DNA of 64,000 nt from Octopus sinensis (GCF_006345805.1 NC_043026.1:9548001-9612000), one strand, 5' to 3'. Positions 24,928 through 37,433 are shown, counted from the first letter of the stretch. The notes: generated by a model not told the origin, from the sequence alone. A program made the numbers and translations.

Positions 24928-26582
24928 TAGTAACCAACTGTTGGACACACAGACAGACGATAGTCGGAGGCGTGCGTGCTTGCGTGTGTTTGCGTGAGTG
25001 AGACTATCTGCTGTGTGTGTGTGTGTGTGTGACTGTTGTGTTTTGTATGTATTTCTGGTTTCTATACCACCCAACCGCTTTGTGTGCGTGCGTGCGTGCG
25101 TGTGTGTGTGTGTGTGTGTGTGTTTGTGTATGTGCGTGCCTGTGTGTGGGTATGTGTGTGCGTGCGTGTGTGTGTATGTGTGTGCTTGTGTGTGTGCGTG
25201 CGTGTGTGTGTTGTGTGTGCTGTATTTGTGTATGTATGTGTTTATGTGTGCGTGCCTATATTCAAGTCTTTGTGTGTGTGTACAAATACATAAGTACACA
25301 CACACACACACACACATATATATTATATGTAGAAAAATACAAACTGGGACAAGAACGTAAAACATTTAGAAGACGATATATATATATATATATATATATA
25401 ACATATATATATATATATATATATTATTCTCTTTTACTCCTTTACTCTTTTACTTGTTTCAGTCATTTGACTGCGGCCATGCTGGAGCACCGCCTTTAAT
25501 CGAGCAACTCGACCCCGGCGACTTATTCTTTTGTAAGCCCAGTAATATTCTATCGGTCTCTTTTGCCGAAACGCTAAGTAACGGGGAAATAAACACACCA
25601 GCATCGGTTGCCAGAAATGAGGGGGACAAACACAGACGCACAAACACACACACACGCATATATATACACATATATTACGACGGGCTTCTTTCGTTTCCGT
25701 CTACCAATCCACTCACAAGGCCCGAGTCTATAGTAGAAGACACTTGCCTAAGGTGCCACGCAGTGGGACTGAACCCGGAACCATGTGTTTGGTAAACAAG
25801 CTACTTACCACACAGCCACTCCTGTATGTATGTATATATATGTAATACGTTTAAATATATGCGTATGTATATATATATATATATATACTATATATATTAT
25901 ATATATATAATATATATTATATATATATATATACAATTGAGATAGGGGTTGTAAATGCAACCCTCCATGGGATAACATATATCCAATATACTGCTAGTGA
26001 AGTACCCAACAAAGTTAATACATAAATGTTAAGAATTGCGATGCAATTAATTCATTTCTGTATTATATGGGCAAAGTAAAATGTTTTACCACAGATTCAT
26101 AATACAAAATAAGAAAATGGAGAAATACATCGAAATCAAATATCAATTACCAGATAATACTCAATCACATACTTTATTAAACCACCACATAGGAAACTAT
26201 AAGGTTAAGCATAAAATAGTAGGACAAAACAGTGTACATAAAGGGTGTATCTAAAAGAGTAATGTTATACAATAAGTAGAATATATATAAGAGAATATAA
26301 ATATAAGTAAATATAAATATAAACATAGACTACATCTTACAGCTGTTTCGGCCATGCAGATAAGTATGTCTCATTTTACTTATATTAGCCATTTATGGTA
26401 GGTCAATATGTAGTTATAAATGAGACATTTACAAAAATATCATGTTGTAAATGTCTCATTTATAACTACACACTCGGGCGCGCGCACACACACACATACA
26501 TACATACACACATTTATAGACACATGTACACATACATTGATAAATCGCAAATTGTTCCCACAAATATAATCATAGCCATTAA

Positions 26583-27490
26583 CGAGCTGGCTCAAACGTT
26601 AGCATGCCGGACGAAATGCTTAGCGGTATCTCGTCTGCCGCTACGTTCTGAGTTCAAATTCCGCCGAGGTCGATTTTGCCTTTCATTCTTTCGGGGTCGA
26701 TAAATTAAGTACCAGTTACACAGTGAGGTCGATATAATCGACTTAATCCCTTTGTCTGTCCTTGCTCGTCTCCTCTGTGTTTAGCCCCTTGTGAGTAGTA
26801 AAGAAATAAGTATTTCGTCTGCCGTTGCGTTCTGAGTTCAAATTCCGCCGAGGTCGACTTTGCTTTCATCCTTTCGGGGTCGATTAAATAAGTACTAGTT
26901 ACGCACTGTGGCCGATACAATCTACTTAATCCGTCTGTCTGTCCTTGTTTGTCCCCTCTGTGTTTAGCCCATTGTGGGTAGTAAAGAAATAGGTATTTCA
27001 TCTGTCTTTATGTTCCGAGTTCAAATTCCGCCGAGGTCGACTTTGCCTTTCATCCTTTCGCGGTCGATAAATTGAGTACCAGTTACGCACTGGGGTCGAT
27101 GTAATCAACTTAATCCGTTTGTCTGTTCTTGTTTCTCCCCTCTATCTTTAGCCCCTTGTGGGCAATAAAGAAATAGGTATTTCGTCTGCCGCTACGTTCC
27201 ACCGAGGTTGACTTTGCCTTTCATCCTTTCGGGGTCGATAAATTAAGCACCAGTTACGCATTGGGGTCGATGTAATCGACTTCATCCCCTTGTCTGTCCT
27301 TGTTTGTCCCCTCTATGTTTAGCTCCTTGTGGGCAATAAAGAAATAAGAAACGTCAACCGAAATAAAGGCTTGGCGGTATTTCGTCTGCCGTTACGTTCT
27401 CAGTTCAAATTCCGCCAAGGTCGATTTTGCCTTTCATCCTTTCGGGGTCGATACAGTAAGTACCAGTTGCGTACGGTCGATCTAATAGAC
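26583..27490 (+). mobile_element. tandem array of family B SINE (full head, then about 4 head-truncated units)
   Basis: Units are joined at gtaaagaaata(g)gtatttcgtctg. Similar arrays at 24250-24595(-) and 56715-57300(-). Confidence 0.85.
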
Positions 27491-27604
27491 TGGCCTCCTC
27501 CTCCAAAATTAACGTGAACTCACCAACATCGGTTGTCAAGCGATGGTGGGTACAAACACAGGGGACACAAACACATACAAACATACACACACACACACAC
27601 ACAC

Positions 27605-27653
<49 letters not shown>

Positions 27654-28056
27654 CAACGGGCTTCTTTCAGTTTCCGTCAACCAAATCCACTCACAAGGTT
27701 TTGGTTGGCCCATGGCTATAGTAGAAGACACATGCCCAAGGTACCATGCGATGGGACTGAACCTGGTATCATGTGGTTAGAGCAAGCTACTTACCACGCA
27801 GCCACTCCTACATAACATATATATATGTACATGCAATCATACATACATACATTTGATGACTGCCCCCTTGTTATCGAGTATGGCCATTGCACGAAGCTTA
27901 ACTGTTATTGGTGCTGTGATCCACTCACAAGGTTTTGGTTGGCCCATGGCTATAGTAGAAGACACATGCCCAAGGTACCATGCGATGGGACTGAACCTGG
28001 TATCATGTGGTTGGTAAGCAAGCTACTTACCACGCAGCCACTCCTACATAACATAT

Positions 28057-29228
28057 TGTTACGGTTTAGCTGGTGCATTTCCCGGTGACCCACATTGGAA
28101 GTATGGTTCCGGCATGTCTAGTAGAAAAGTGACAGTCTTTTGTTTAATGGAGGACTAATGGGTTTTGGAATGACCTGTGACCTTGTGCGGGTGAATTAGG
28201 GGTCGCTCTGGACACCCCTTGAATATGTCGTGAGAGAGGATGAGGGGGCAGAGAGGGACAGGCAGAGAGTATGGTAGAGCTGTCAAGAGAGGGTAATAGG
28301 CAGCAGGCGATAGAGATAGGCAGTAAGAGAAAAGGGACAGATAGAGAGGGTAATAGGCAGCAGGGATAGAGATAGGCAGTAAGATCAGAGAGCAGATAGA
28401 AAGGCTATAAGCAGTAAGGGACAGATTGAGAATAGAGATAGAGTATAAGGCTAAGAGAGCAGTTGGAAAGGGTATGAGCGATATAGACAGAGGGAGATGA
28501 GGTAGTGGAAGTCAGGACGAGGAGGTGAGGTTTTGGGCAGTTCGCAGTTGGTCGTCAAGAAGGGCAGTCGCTGGCCGGTCCTCGAAGAAGACATACGGAC
28601 CTTGGATTTAAGGAGCGAGCGTTGGAATTCTTAGGAGCAAGTTGGATGCGAGAAAGCTTGGCGGCACAGAAGGGAATTAGCAGTATTCAGAGGAATTAGC
28701 AGTATTGAGAGGAATGGGACACTGGCAGATTCAATTAGGAATTGAGGTATGTGATTTGTGTATTGAACAGTGAAGAGAACAGTCAAGGACTCTGTCGATG
28801 TGGTCGATAAAGGACATTGTGAAGAAGAAGAGTAAAGGACTTGTTGATTGTGATGTTTAGGAAGAGACTTTAAAGAACTGTTGTCTTGGGACGTGTACTC
28901 TTGAATTGTTACATGATGTTGTATTATGCTTTGAGTTGTACTCTTGAAATGCTGTTGTATTATGTATTGAGTAGTCACGTGCATGCTTTGATGTATCTTG
29001 ATGTTGTAACAATTGTAATTGTCGTATAAACTGTTGTTTGAATATAAGCCAGTGTTGCCAGTTGTTGCCTTGCCTCTTTGGGTTGTATCTCGGGTTGTGC
29101 CTCTGTATCTCTGTGCTGTTGAGGTTGTGGCAGTATCTATCTGTATCTCCTCTCTCCGCCTCTTTGGGTTCCGTGGCGGAACTTGTGTGAGCCGTTCGGG
29201 ACGGGCGACGACGGGTGATTCCGTAACA
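28057..29228. mobile_element. probable solo LTR (Ty3/Gypsy-like), 1172 bp
   Basis: TGTTACGG...CCGTAACA termini and a 4-bp ATAT TSD, confirmed by the empty-site duplicate at about 27805-27830. Confidence 0.75.
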
Positions 29229-29605
29229 ATATATATATGTACACGCAATCATACATACATACATTTGATGACTGCCCCCTTGTTATCGAGTATGGCCATT
29301 GCACGAAGCTTAACTGTTATTGGTGCTGTGATCGAATGTGACTTTTTAGCCCAGCTAAAGATCTACAATGTCTTGTACAGAATTGGCAACTAAAACCTTT
29401 ACCAGTAATAGCCGTCTGTAGTTGTAACTGGGCTTCATGAGAATACATACATAAAGCAAAACATACAAATCTGCACACACACACACACACATAAATACAT
29501 ACATACATACATACATACATACATACATACATACATACATACATACATACATGTGAAGTTGATTTGGGTAGGGTTTGAACGCAAAACGTGGTAATGTAAA
29601 GACAT

Positions 29606-29672
<67 letters not shown>

Positions 29673-29686
29673 CAGACAGATAGACA

Positions 29687-29739
<53 letters not shown>

Positions 29740-30634
29740 TAATCCAAACAAGTAAACAAAAAGACAACAACGCGAGGATGTGGAACAAATAAAGTATTAT
29801 TGGACACTCAGGAAAGAAGGGAAGAAGGAGGGTTTGACGTTTCGAGCGGAGCTCTTCGTCGGAAACATAGGAGAAGGAAAGATCCCGAGGCGGGAGGACA
29901 GAGGGAAAAAAATTGCAAGTGGTCTTCACGAGGTCACATAGTGGCTGTGTGGTAAGTAGCTTGCTTTCCAACCACATGGTTCCGGGTTCAGTCCCACTGC
30001 GTGGCAAATTGGGCGAGGGTCTTCTGCTATAGCCGACCAAAGCCTTGTGAGTGGATTTGGTAGACGGAAACTGAAAGAAGCCCGTCGTATATATGTATAT
30101 ATATGCGTGTGTGTCTGTGTTTGTCCTCCTAGCATTGCTTGACAACCGATGCTGGTGTGTTTACGTCCCCGTTACTTAGCGGTTCGACAAAAGACACCGA
30201 TAGAATAAGTACTGGGCTTACAAAAGAATAAGTCCCGGGGTCGATTTCCTCGACTAAAGGCGGTGCTCCAGCATGGCCGCTGTCAAATGACTGAAACAAC
30301 TAAAAGAGTAAGAGAGATAGAGTATACTAATGTTATATCGATCCTACGCCGCCAACGCCTTCGCTTAACGTTATATGCCAATCACTCGGTACCGTGATGA
30401 TGATGATGATGAGGAGGAGGAGGATGATGATGAGGAGGATGTCGATGCAGCCAAAAATGACAAAAAGAAAAGTAATGATGATGCTAATAATGTAAGCAAT
30501 AATTAATAATTAACAGGACAATAAAAAGGAGAATAGAATCAATTAGACTTCAACGATGACGGCAAGGGTGACAATAGCAGCCGTAGTTTCGTACAAACTT
30601 TCAATTCGGAGAAACCAGACGAGACAAACGGAAA

Positions 30635-30697
30635 ATGGCGGGACTCCATCTGGAGAAACTTTCATTAGCACCCAATATACTCCGTCTTTTCATCGTG
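30635..30697 (+). CDS. MARVEL-like 4-TM protein exon 1 (MAGLHLEKLSLAPNILRLFIV)
   Basis: gaaaATGG start, GTG|gtaggt donor, phase 0. PxxLRL is typical of MARVEL helix 1. Confidence 0.75.
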
Positions 30698-33571
30698 GTA
30701 GGTGCATATAGATATCGTAAATACATAGGACGAGCATCTATGCATGTCGTATACCGGTGTTGTTGTCCGCTGTCGATGGTTGATCGGGTCTTGAGTTCGT
30801 TTTCCAGCGAAGTCGTCTTCCGTTTTTTGGGGGGTTTTTTTGTCGCTGTCGTCTGTCAATGTTTTCGTACGTAATATGTATCGTCTGTTTTCGTGGCTAT
30901 TTGAAGTATTTCAGTGTCTTGTTTAATGTATCTATACATATTTTGTTGAAAATGTGGTTGTTTTGTTTTATGTGGTCTATTCAAATTGATGCTGCTGTAT
31001 TATATTCTACACATCCCATCATTTATAAATATTGATCTACGGTGTGTGTGTGTGTGTTTTCTTCCGTGTTTGTATTTGTTTTGGAGAGTTTTTTTTTTTT
31101 ATCTCTAAAAAAATACGGCAGTAAGTTCTTTTCTAATTTTATTATTTCTCATAACTCGATGTTTTTCCCGTTGCGTATATATATGTGTGTCTGAAACACA
31201 TTTGTGTTTCTATGTGTCAATGTGTTTGCTCATCGATGTGATGTGCGTATAGTCCTATAAAAAGTGCGCATATACTTACGTTTGCGTAAGTGAGTGTGTA
31301 TACATGCATACGTATGTATATATACATGTATACATACATACATACATTCATATATACATACATACATACATACGTATATATATGTATATATATATGAGTA
31401 TATATATATATATATGTATGTATATATATATATATATGTATATATATGTATGTATATTATGTATATATATATATGTATAATATATGTATATATATATATA
31501 TATATGTATGTATATATATATGTTATATGTATGTATGTGTGTATATATATATATGTGTGTATATATATGTGTGTATATATATATATATGTATATATAATT
31601 TTATATGTATATATATATATATATATGTATATAGATATATGTATATATGTATATATATATATATATGTATATATGTATATATATATGTATATATATATGT
31701 ATATATATATGTATATATATATGTATATATATATATGTATGTATATATATATATATGTATATATATATATGTGTATATATATGTATATATATATATATGT
31801 ATATATATATATGTAATATATATATGTATATATAATGTATATATATATATGTATGTATATATATATAGTGTATGTATATGTATGTATATATATATATATA
31901 TATATGTATGTATATATGTATATATATATGTATGTAGTATATATATGTATGTATATATATGTATATATATATATATGTATGTATGTATATATATGTATAT
32001 ATATATATATGTATGTATGTATATATATGTATATATATATATATGTATAAAAATATATATATAAAAATACAAAATGGGACAAGAACGCAAAACATTCAAA
32101 TAGACGATACAAAGAACACGGACGGGTCATTCGAAGCCTCTGATCTTCAGTCAAAAACCGGATCATCCTCGCAATTTCGGCTACACCCTCATGGAGGAAT
32201 CCGCTTATCAAGTTCACAGACAATGTTATTATGAAAATCATTGGGTCCCAAACGTCCACAAAATATTGTATACTATGCTTAATGTTATCAGGCACTTATC
32301 GTTATATGTAAAAAGTTCTAGCCAGAATTGATTATAATAAGCGGCTTTTACTGAATGCGTGTGCATGTACGTATATTCTAGTTTAACCATTTCATCGCAT
32401 TTTAAGGCATACTTCATCAAGGACTACATTATCTAATGTATCCTACCCAAGGCAGTAGGGTGAGATTTGAGGGCAATTTAGTTGCTATTTCTAATAGGTC
32501 TAGCTATCATACTCATTTACTTGTTTCAGTCATTTGACTGCGGCCATGCTGGAGCACCGCCATTTAGTCGAGCAAATCGACCCCAGGACTTATTCTTTGT
32601 AAGCCCAGTACTTATTCTATTGGTCTCTTTTGCTGAACCGCTAAGTTACGGGGACGTAAACACACCAGCATCGGTTGTCAAGCGATGGGGTGGGGTGGGG
32701 GACAAACACAACACATAAACACAGACATACATATATACATATATACGACGGGCTTCTTTCAGTTTCCGTCTACCAAATCCACTCACAAGGCTTTGGTCGG
32801 CCCGAGGCTATAGTAGAAGACACTTGCCCAAGGTGCCACGCAGTGGGACTGAACCCGGAACCATATGGTTGGTAAGCAAGCTACTTACCACACAGCCACT
32901 CCTATGCCATGTTGAGGACCTCCTCTGGCTCGTACATAGAAATATGGTTGCTAAGTCAAACACGGGATCAGAGTGTTTTGAGGGGAAGAGTAAGACGATT
33001 ACATCGACCCCAACACATAACTGCTACTTATTTTATTGACCCTGACAAGATGAAAGGCAAAGTCGACCTTGGCGGAATTTGAACTCAGAACGTAAAGACA
33101 GACAAATCGCTGCTGCGAATTTTGTTTGGTGTGATAATGGTTCTACCAATTCATGGCCTTCTAATACATACATATGACAGTGGGATGTCATTTGGTGGAG
33201 ATTTGGCTGCTATTTCTAACCATGTCTCCTTCATTGGCTCATACATACATAGCCTGTTGATGTTGAAATTCCATTGAAGGAGTCTTGAATCTAGGTTAGA
33301 AACCAGTTCCTTCTCTATTACTCTTTACTCTTTTACTTGTTTCAGTCATTTGACTGTGGCCATGCTGGAGCACCGCCTTTAGTCGAGCAAATTGACCCCG
33401 GGACTTATTCTTTGTAAGCCCAGTACTTATTCTATCGGTCACTTTTGCCGAACCGCTAAGTGACGGGGACGTAAACACACCAGCATCGGTTGTCAAGCAA
33501 TGCTATGGGTCAAACACATATACATATATATATATACATATATATATACATGCATACATACATACATTATG

Positions 33572-33950
33572 GCTGCCCCCCTCGTTATCGAGTATGGCCA
33601 TTGCACGAAGCTTAACTGTTATTGGTGCTGTGATCGAATGTGACTTTTTAGCCCAGCTAAAGATCTACAATGTCTTGTACAGAATTGGCAACTAAGACCT
33701 TTACTGGTAATAGCCGTCTGTAGTTGTAACTGGGCTTCATGTACCTTTGCATGTCGTTAAAGTCCTCCTGCCGAATTACACTCTCTTCCACATGCCCGAC
33801 AGATATGATTAGTATGGTGTGTAACACCACCACCAGTGGCCAGGTTGTCACTCATCTGTCTCATTTTATGACTATGAAGATGACTCATGAGTCCAGCTTT
33901 ACTGAGGCAGGGTCTTGCGCAAACACTGCATGTCAGCACCATAGGAAGAC
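33572..33950 (-). mobile_element. RTE-like LINE 3' end with three C2H2-type motifs and (ATGT)n tail
   Basis: CSVCARPCLSKAGLMSHLHSH / CRACGRECNSAGGL*RHAKVH / CQFCTRHCRSLAGLKSHIRSQH*. Shorter copies at about 29255-29445 and 27855-27917. Confidence 0.7.
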
Positions 33951-34337
33951 CCTATACATACATACATACATGCATACATACGTACATACAAACGACTGTA
34001 AGATGTGATTTGAGGGAGATTTAACTGTTATTTCTGCTAGGTGTAGCCACTATGTTGAAATTTCCCTCATTGGTACATACAAACAACAATAATGTGTGAT
34101 TTGTTTGAGATGTGGCTGTTGTTTCTACCACTCCTATCTACCACGAACAGGTCTACCCCTTTGCTCATCCATTTTATACACAAGAGACAGTAGGATATCA
34201 TTTGAGAGAGATTTGACTACTATGTCTAACAGGCCTAGCTACTGTGTAGATGTCTCCCTTATTGTCCCAATATTACTTCACTTTCTTCTCTTCCTTCATT
34301 GGTTGGACTGTGGCTGTGCTGTAGCACTGCCTTGACC

Positions 34338-34370
<33 letters not shown>

Positions 34371-35201
34371 AGAATGGAGTCGAACGAAGATGTTAGCAAA
34401 ATTCCTTTACTCTCGACATATGTCTCGAAGACAATATGGTTTTATTCCAAAGGAATAAAGGGTGCAAGATGCAATCTTCTCATCAGGAAAGAAGGGGAGC
34501 CTCTCTCAGCAACAAGACAAACAAAAATTTCGGTGACTGCCTACATGGTAAACAAAACGATTGCATCTTGCACCATTTATTCCTCTGGAATGAAACCATG
34601 TTGTCTTCGAAACATGTTGAGAGTAATGGAATTTTGCTAACATCTTCGTTCAACTCCATTAATTTATTTATTCATATATAACACACAAATTTCTGCATAT
34701 GAACCCAGAGTTTCTACCCTTGGACAGGTCGCTTCAACCATGTTTCTGACGTGAATTTGCTACCCTGGTATTGGTTCATCGAATTTTCCATGTTGACGGT
34801 AAACATAGGATAATTCATTCACCCATTGAAATATATATATATATATATATATATATAATTGCAGCGAGGAAGGTGTTTATAAGCCATTTAAGAAACACAC
34901 AAAAACCATTAGATTCACTTCAACATTTAAATTAATTGAGATACAGCACAAAGTTTTGTCAGTGAGAAGGTCGCAGTCTGAAAGCGACGAAAATATTTTG
35001 ACAAATTAAACTTAAATGTTGAAGTAAATCGAACGGTGCAATTGTTTTCGTTCCAGCACACGATCTCAGATCAAGTCACTCGCTATGCAAGTACATCTCT
35101 GTAATATATAATATATATATATGTGTTGTGTTGTGTGTGTAATATATATATACTATATATATATATATTATATATATACATATATATATACATACAATAT
35201 A

Positions 35202-35276
<75 letters not shown>

Positions 35277-35669
35277 TTGTTTGTAAAAAACATAAATTCG
35301 GAAGAAGCACACTCTAAGATGTCAAGCAGTACATATTAAAAATGGGAAGGCCAGTTATGGGATTACCTTAAGTTTCCCGTCCATAAAGGGTTTAGCTTAA
35401 TGGCATATCGTCAGATGCCCAAAACCTATTCGCCCATGACCTCTAAAAAATATAGAAGGTATATATATATATATATATATAATATATAATATATATATAC
35501 ATATATATATATACATATATATATATACATATATATATATATGTGTGTGTGTGTATATATATATATATGTATATATATATATGTATATATATATATTGTA
35601 TATTATATATATATATATATATACATATATAAGTTATATATATATATATGTATGTATATATGTATGTAT

Positions 35670-35711
<42 letters not shown>

Positions 35712-36440
35712 TATATATATATAATACAAAAAGGACAACAAAACATCCAGATAGACGATACAAAAAAAAAACACCGTCGGGTCATTCGAAGCCTTTTATC
35801 TTCAGTCAAGAACCGGATCATCCTCGCAATTTCGGCTGATTAATCTTGAGATTGCTCCAATCTGGCCAGCCCCAAGGAAAAACTAAGCCAAGAGCATTAC
35901 ATTCGTATGAATAGTTTCCAGAGTTACGTCCCTTGCAAGGAGTTACCTCCCTTATAGCATAAGGAATACTTGCTGCGTCTGTTCAATAGTTTTATCGACT
36001 TAATTCTTCCAACTTCTTAAACTGGCGTGTAAGTGGCTGTGTATCCCACAGACACATGTATGGGATCTTTTCCTTTTGAACAGCAGTTTTCAAAACAATT
36101 TCTAGTTAACTAAACACTTTTAAACTTCGTATGCTGGTAGAATGTGTCAAAATAAAACATTTTTTTCTCTTGGCTTTCTTCAGAAAATTGCAATTTGTAA
36201 GTTTAATGTAGTTTAATTTTTCGAATTTTAACCAATCCTATGCTCTCTTTTGAGCTAAAATCATTTGCTGCGTCTAAAACTGAGACAACATCCTGTCACT
36301 AACCCTAACCCTCACCCTATCTATTCATGGAGTACTATCTATTCATGGTGTGACTCATTTGAAGATAAGCAATAAACACAATACCTTTTTACATTATTAT
36401 TTACAATTAACAGATATTTGTCCTCATATTGTTTGTTGTT

Positions 36441-36486
36441 AACACAACGTTTCTGCTGATATACCCTCCAGCCTTCATCAGGTGTC
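36441..36486 (-). ncRNA. minimal type I hammerhead ribozyme (minus-strand copy)
   Basis: GACAC-CTGATGA-A-GGCTG/CAGCA-GAAA-CG-TT-GTGTT. The stem II closing pair is mismatched. Confidence 0.62.
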
Positions 36487-36654
36487 TTAGGGAAATTTTG
36501 AACCTGGGTTCTCATCCTTAAGGTATTTTTCGATGTTATTATTATTATTATCGTTATGATTCAGGTCACTGCCTGGAATCGAACTTGGAATCTTGGGATT
36601 AGTAGCCCGTGTTTGTAACCACTACACCATATGCCCGTGGGCAAATTTCCCCAA

Positions 36655-36700
36655 GACACCTGATGAAGGCTGGAAGGTATATCAGCTGAAACGTTGTGTT
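36655..36700 (+). ncRNA. minimal type I hammerhead ribozyme (plus-strand copy)
   Basis: GACAC-CTGATGA-A-GGCTG/CAGCT-GAAA-CG-TT-GTGTT: stem I, intact core, stem II, and a palindromic AACGTT stem III. Confidence 0.7.
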
Positions 36701-36953
36701 AACAACAAACAAGATGAGGACAAATATACGTCAAATATAAATAATGTAAATAATGTACATAAATATAGAATCTTTTTACATCCCCAAAAGTCTGAGGCCA
36801 TCACCTTTGCCGAACATGAAACAACTTTGGGCTCCCTTAGGGCAGGTGTGGTGGCGATGGTGGTGGTGGTGGTGGTGGTGGTGATGGTGGTGGTGGTGGT
36901 GGTGGTTTTGGTGGTGGTGGGAACAAATTCAGATGCAAAGACACACACACAGT

Positions 36954-36990
<37 letters not shown>

Positions 36991-37433
36991 GACTGGCTAC
37001 TTTTGGTTTCCGTCTTCCAAATCTACTTATAAGGCTTTGGTCATCAGACACTATCATTAATGACACTTGCCCAAGGTGCCATGTAGTGGGACTGAACCCT
37101 GAACCATGTGGTTTGGGAAGCAAGCTTCTTGCCAATCAGCCACACTTTCACCTCCTCTCTCTCTCTCTCTCTCGCTCTCTCTCTATATATATATATGTGT
37201 GTGTGTGTGTATGGCTGGGATTTTACAGTTTCTTACTACCGAATCCACTCCCAAGGATCTGGCTAGCCTGAGGCTTGTGCAGAAGACATTTGCTCAAGGT
37301 GCCATGCAGTGGGACTGAAATCTGGACCATGAGATTTGGGAGACAAGGGACGAAAGGCAAAGCTGACCAACTTTAGTGAATCATACACAGGTATAATTAT
37401 GTCTAATTAAATCATTACCTTTTCTGCTTCCAG

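Larger units (their letters stand above)
36380..36765 (-). mobile_element. tRNA-headed, Penelope-like non-autonomous element with inverted 3' duplication and two hammerheads
   Basis: Minus strand reads tRNA-like head 36636-36564 (A box TGGTGTAGTGG, B box AGTTCGATTCC), (ATA)n, body, hammerhead, then an AT tail. 36640-36727 is an inverted copy of 36414-36497. Confidence 0.7.

Noticed and set aside
28631-29393. ORFs within the TG..CA element as gag or env
   Set aside because: Low-complexity T/Q/N-rich translations with no retroviral motifs.
36564-36636. tRNA-like sequences as tRNA genes (also SINE heads at 11546, 19825, 39790, 62325)
   Set aside because: Acceptor and anticodon stems are broken, and each continues into a repeated SINE body.
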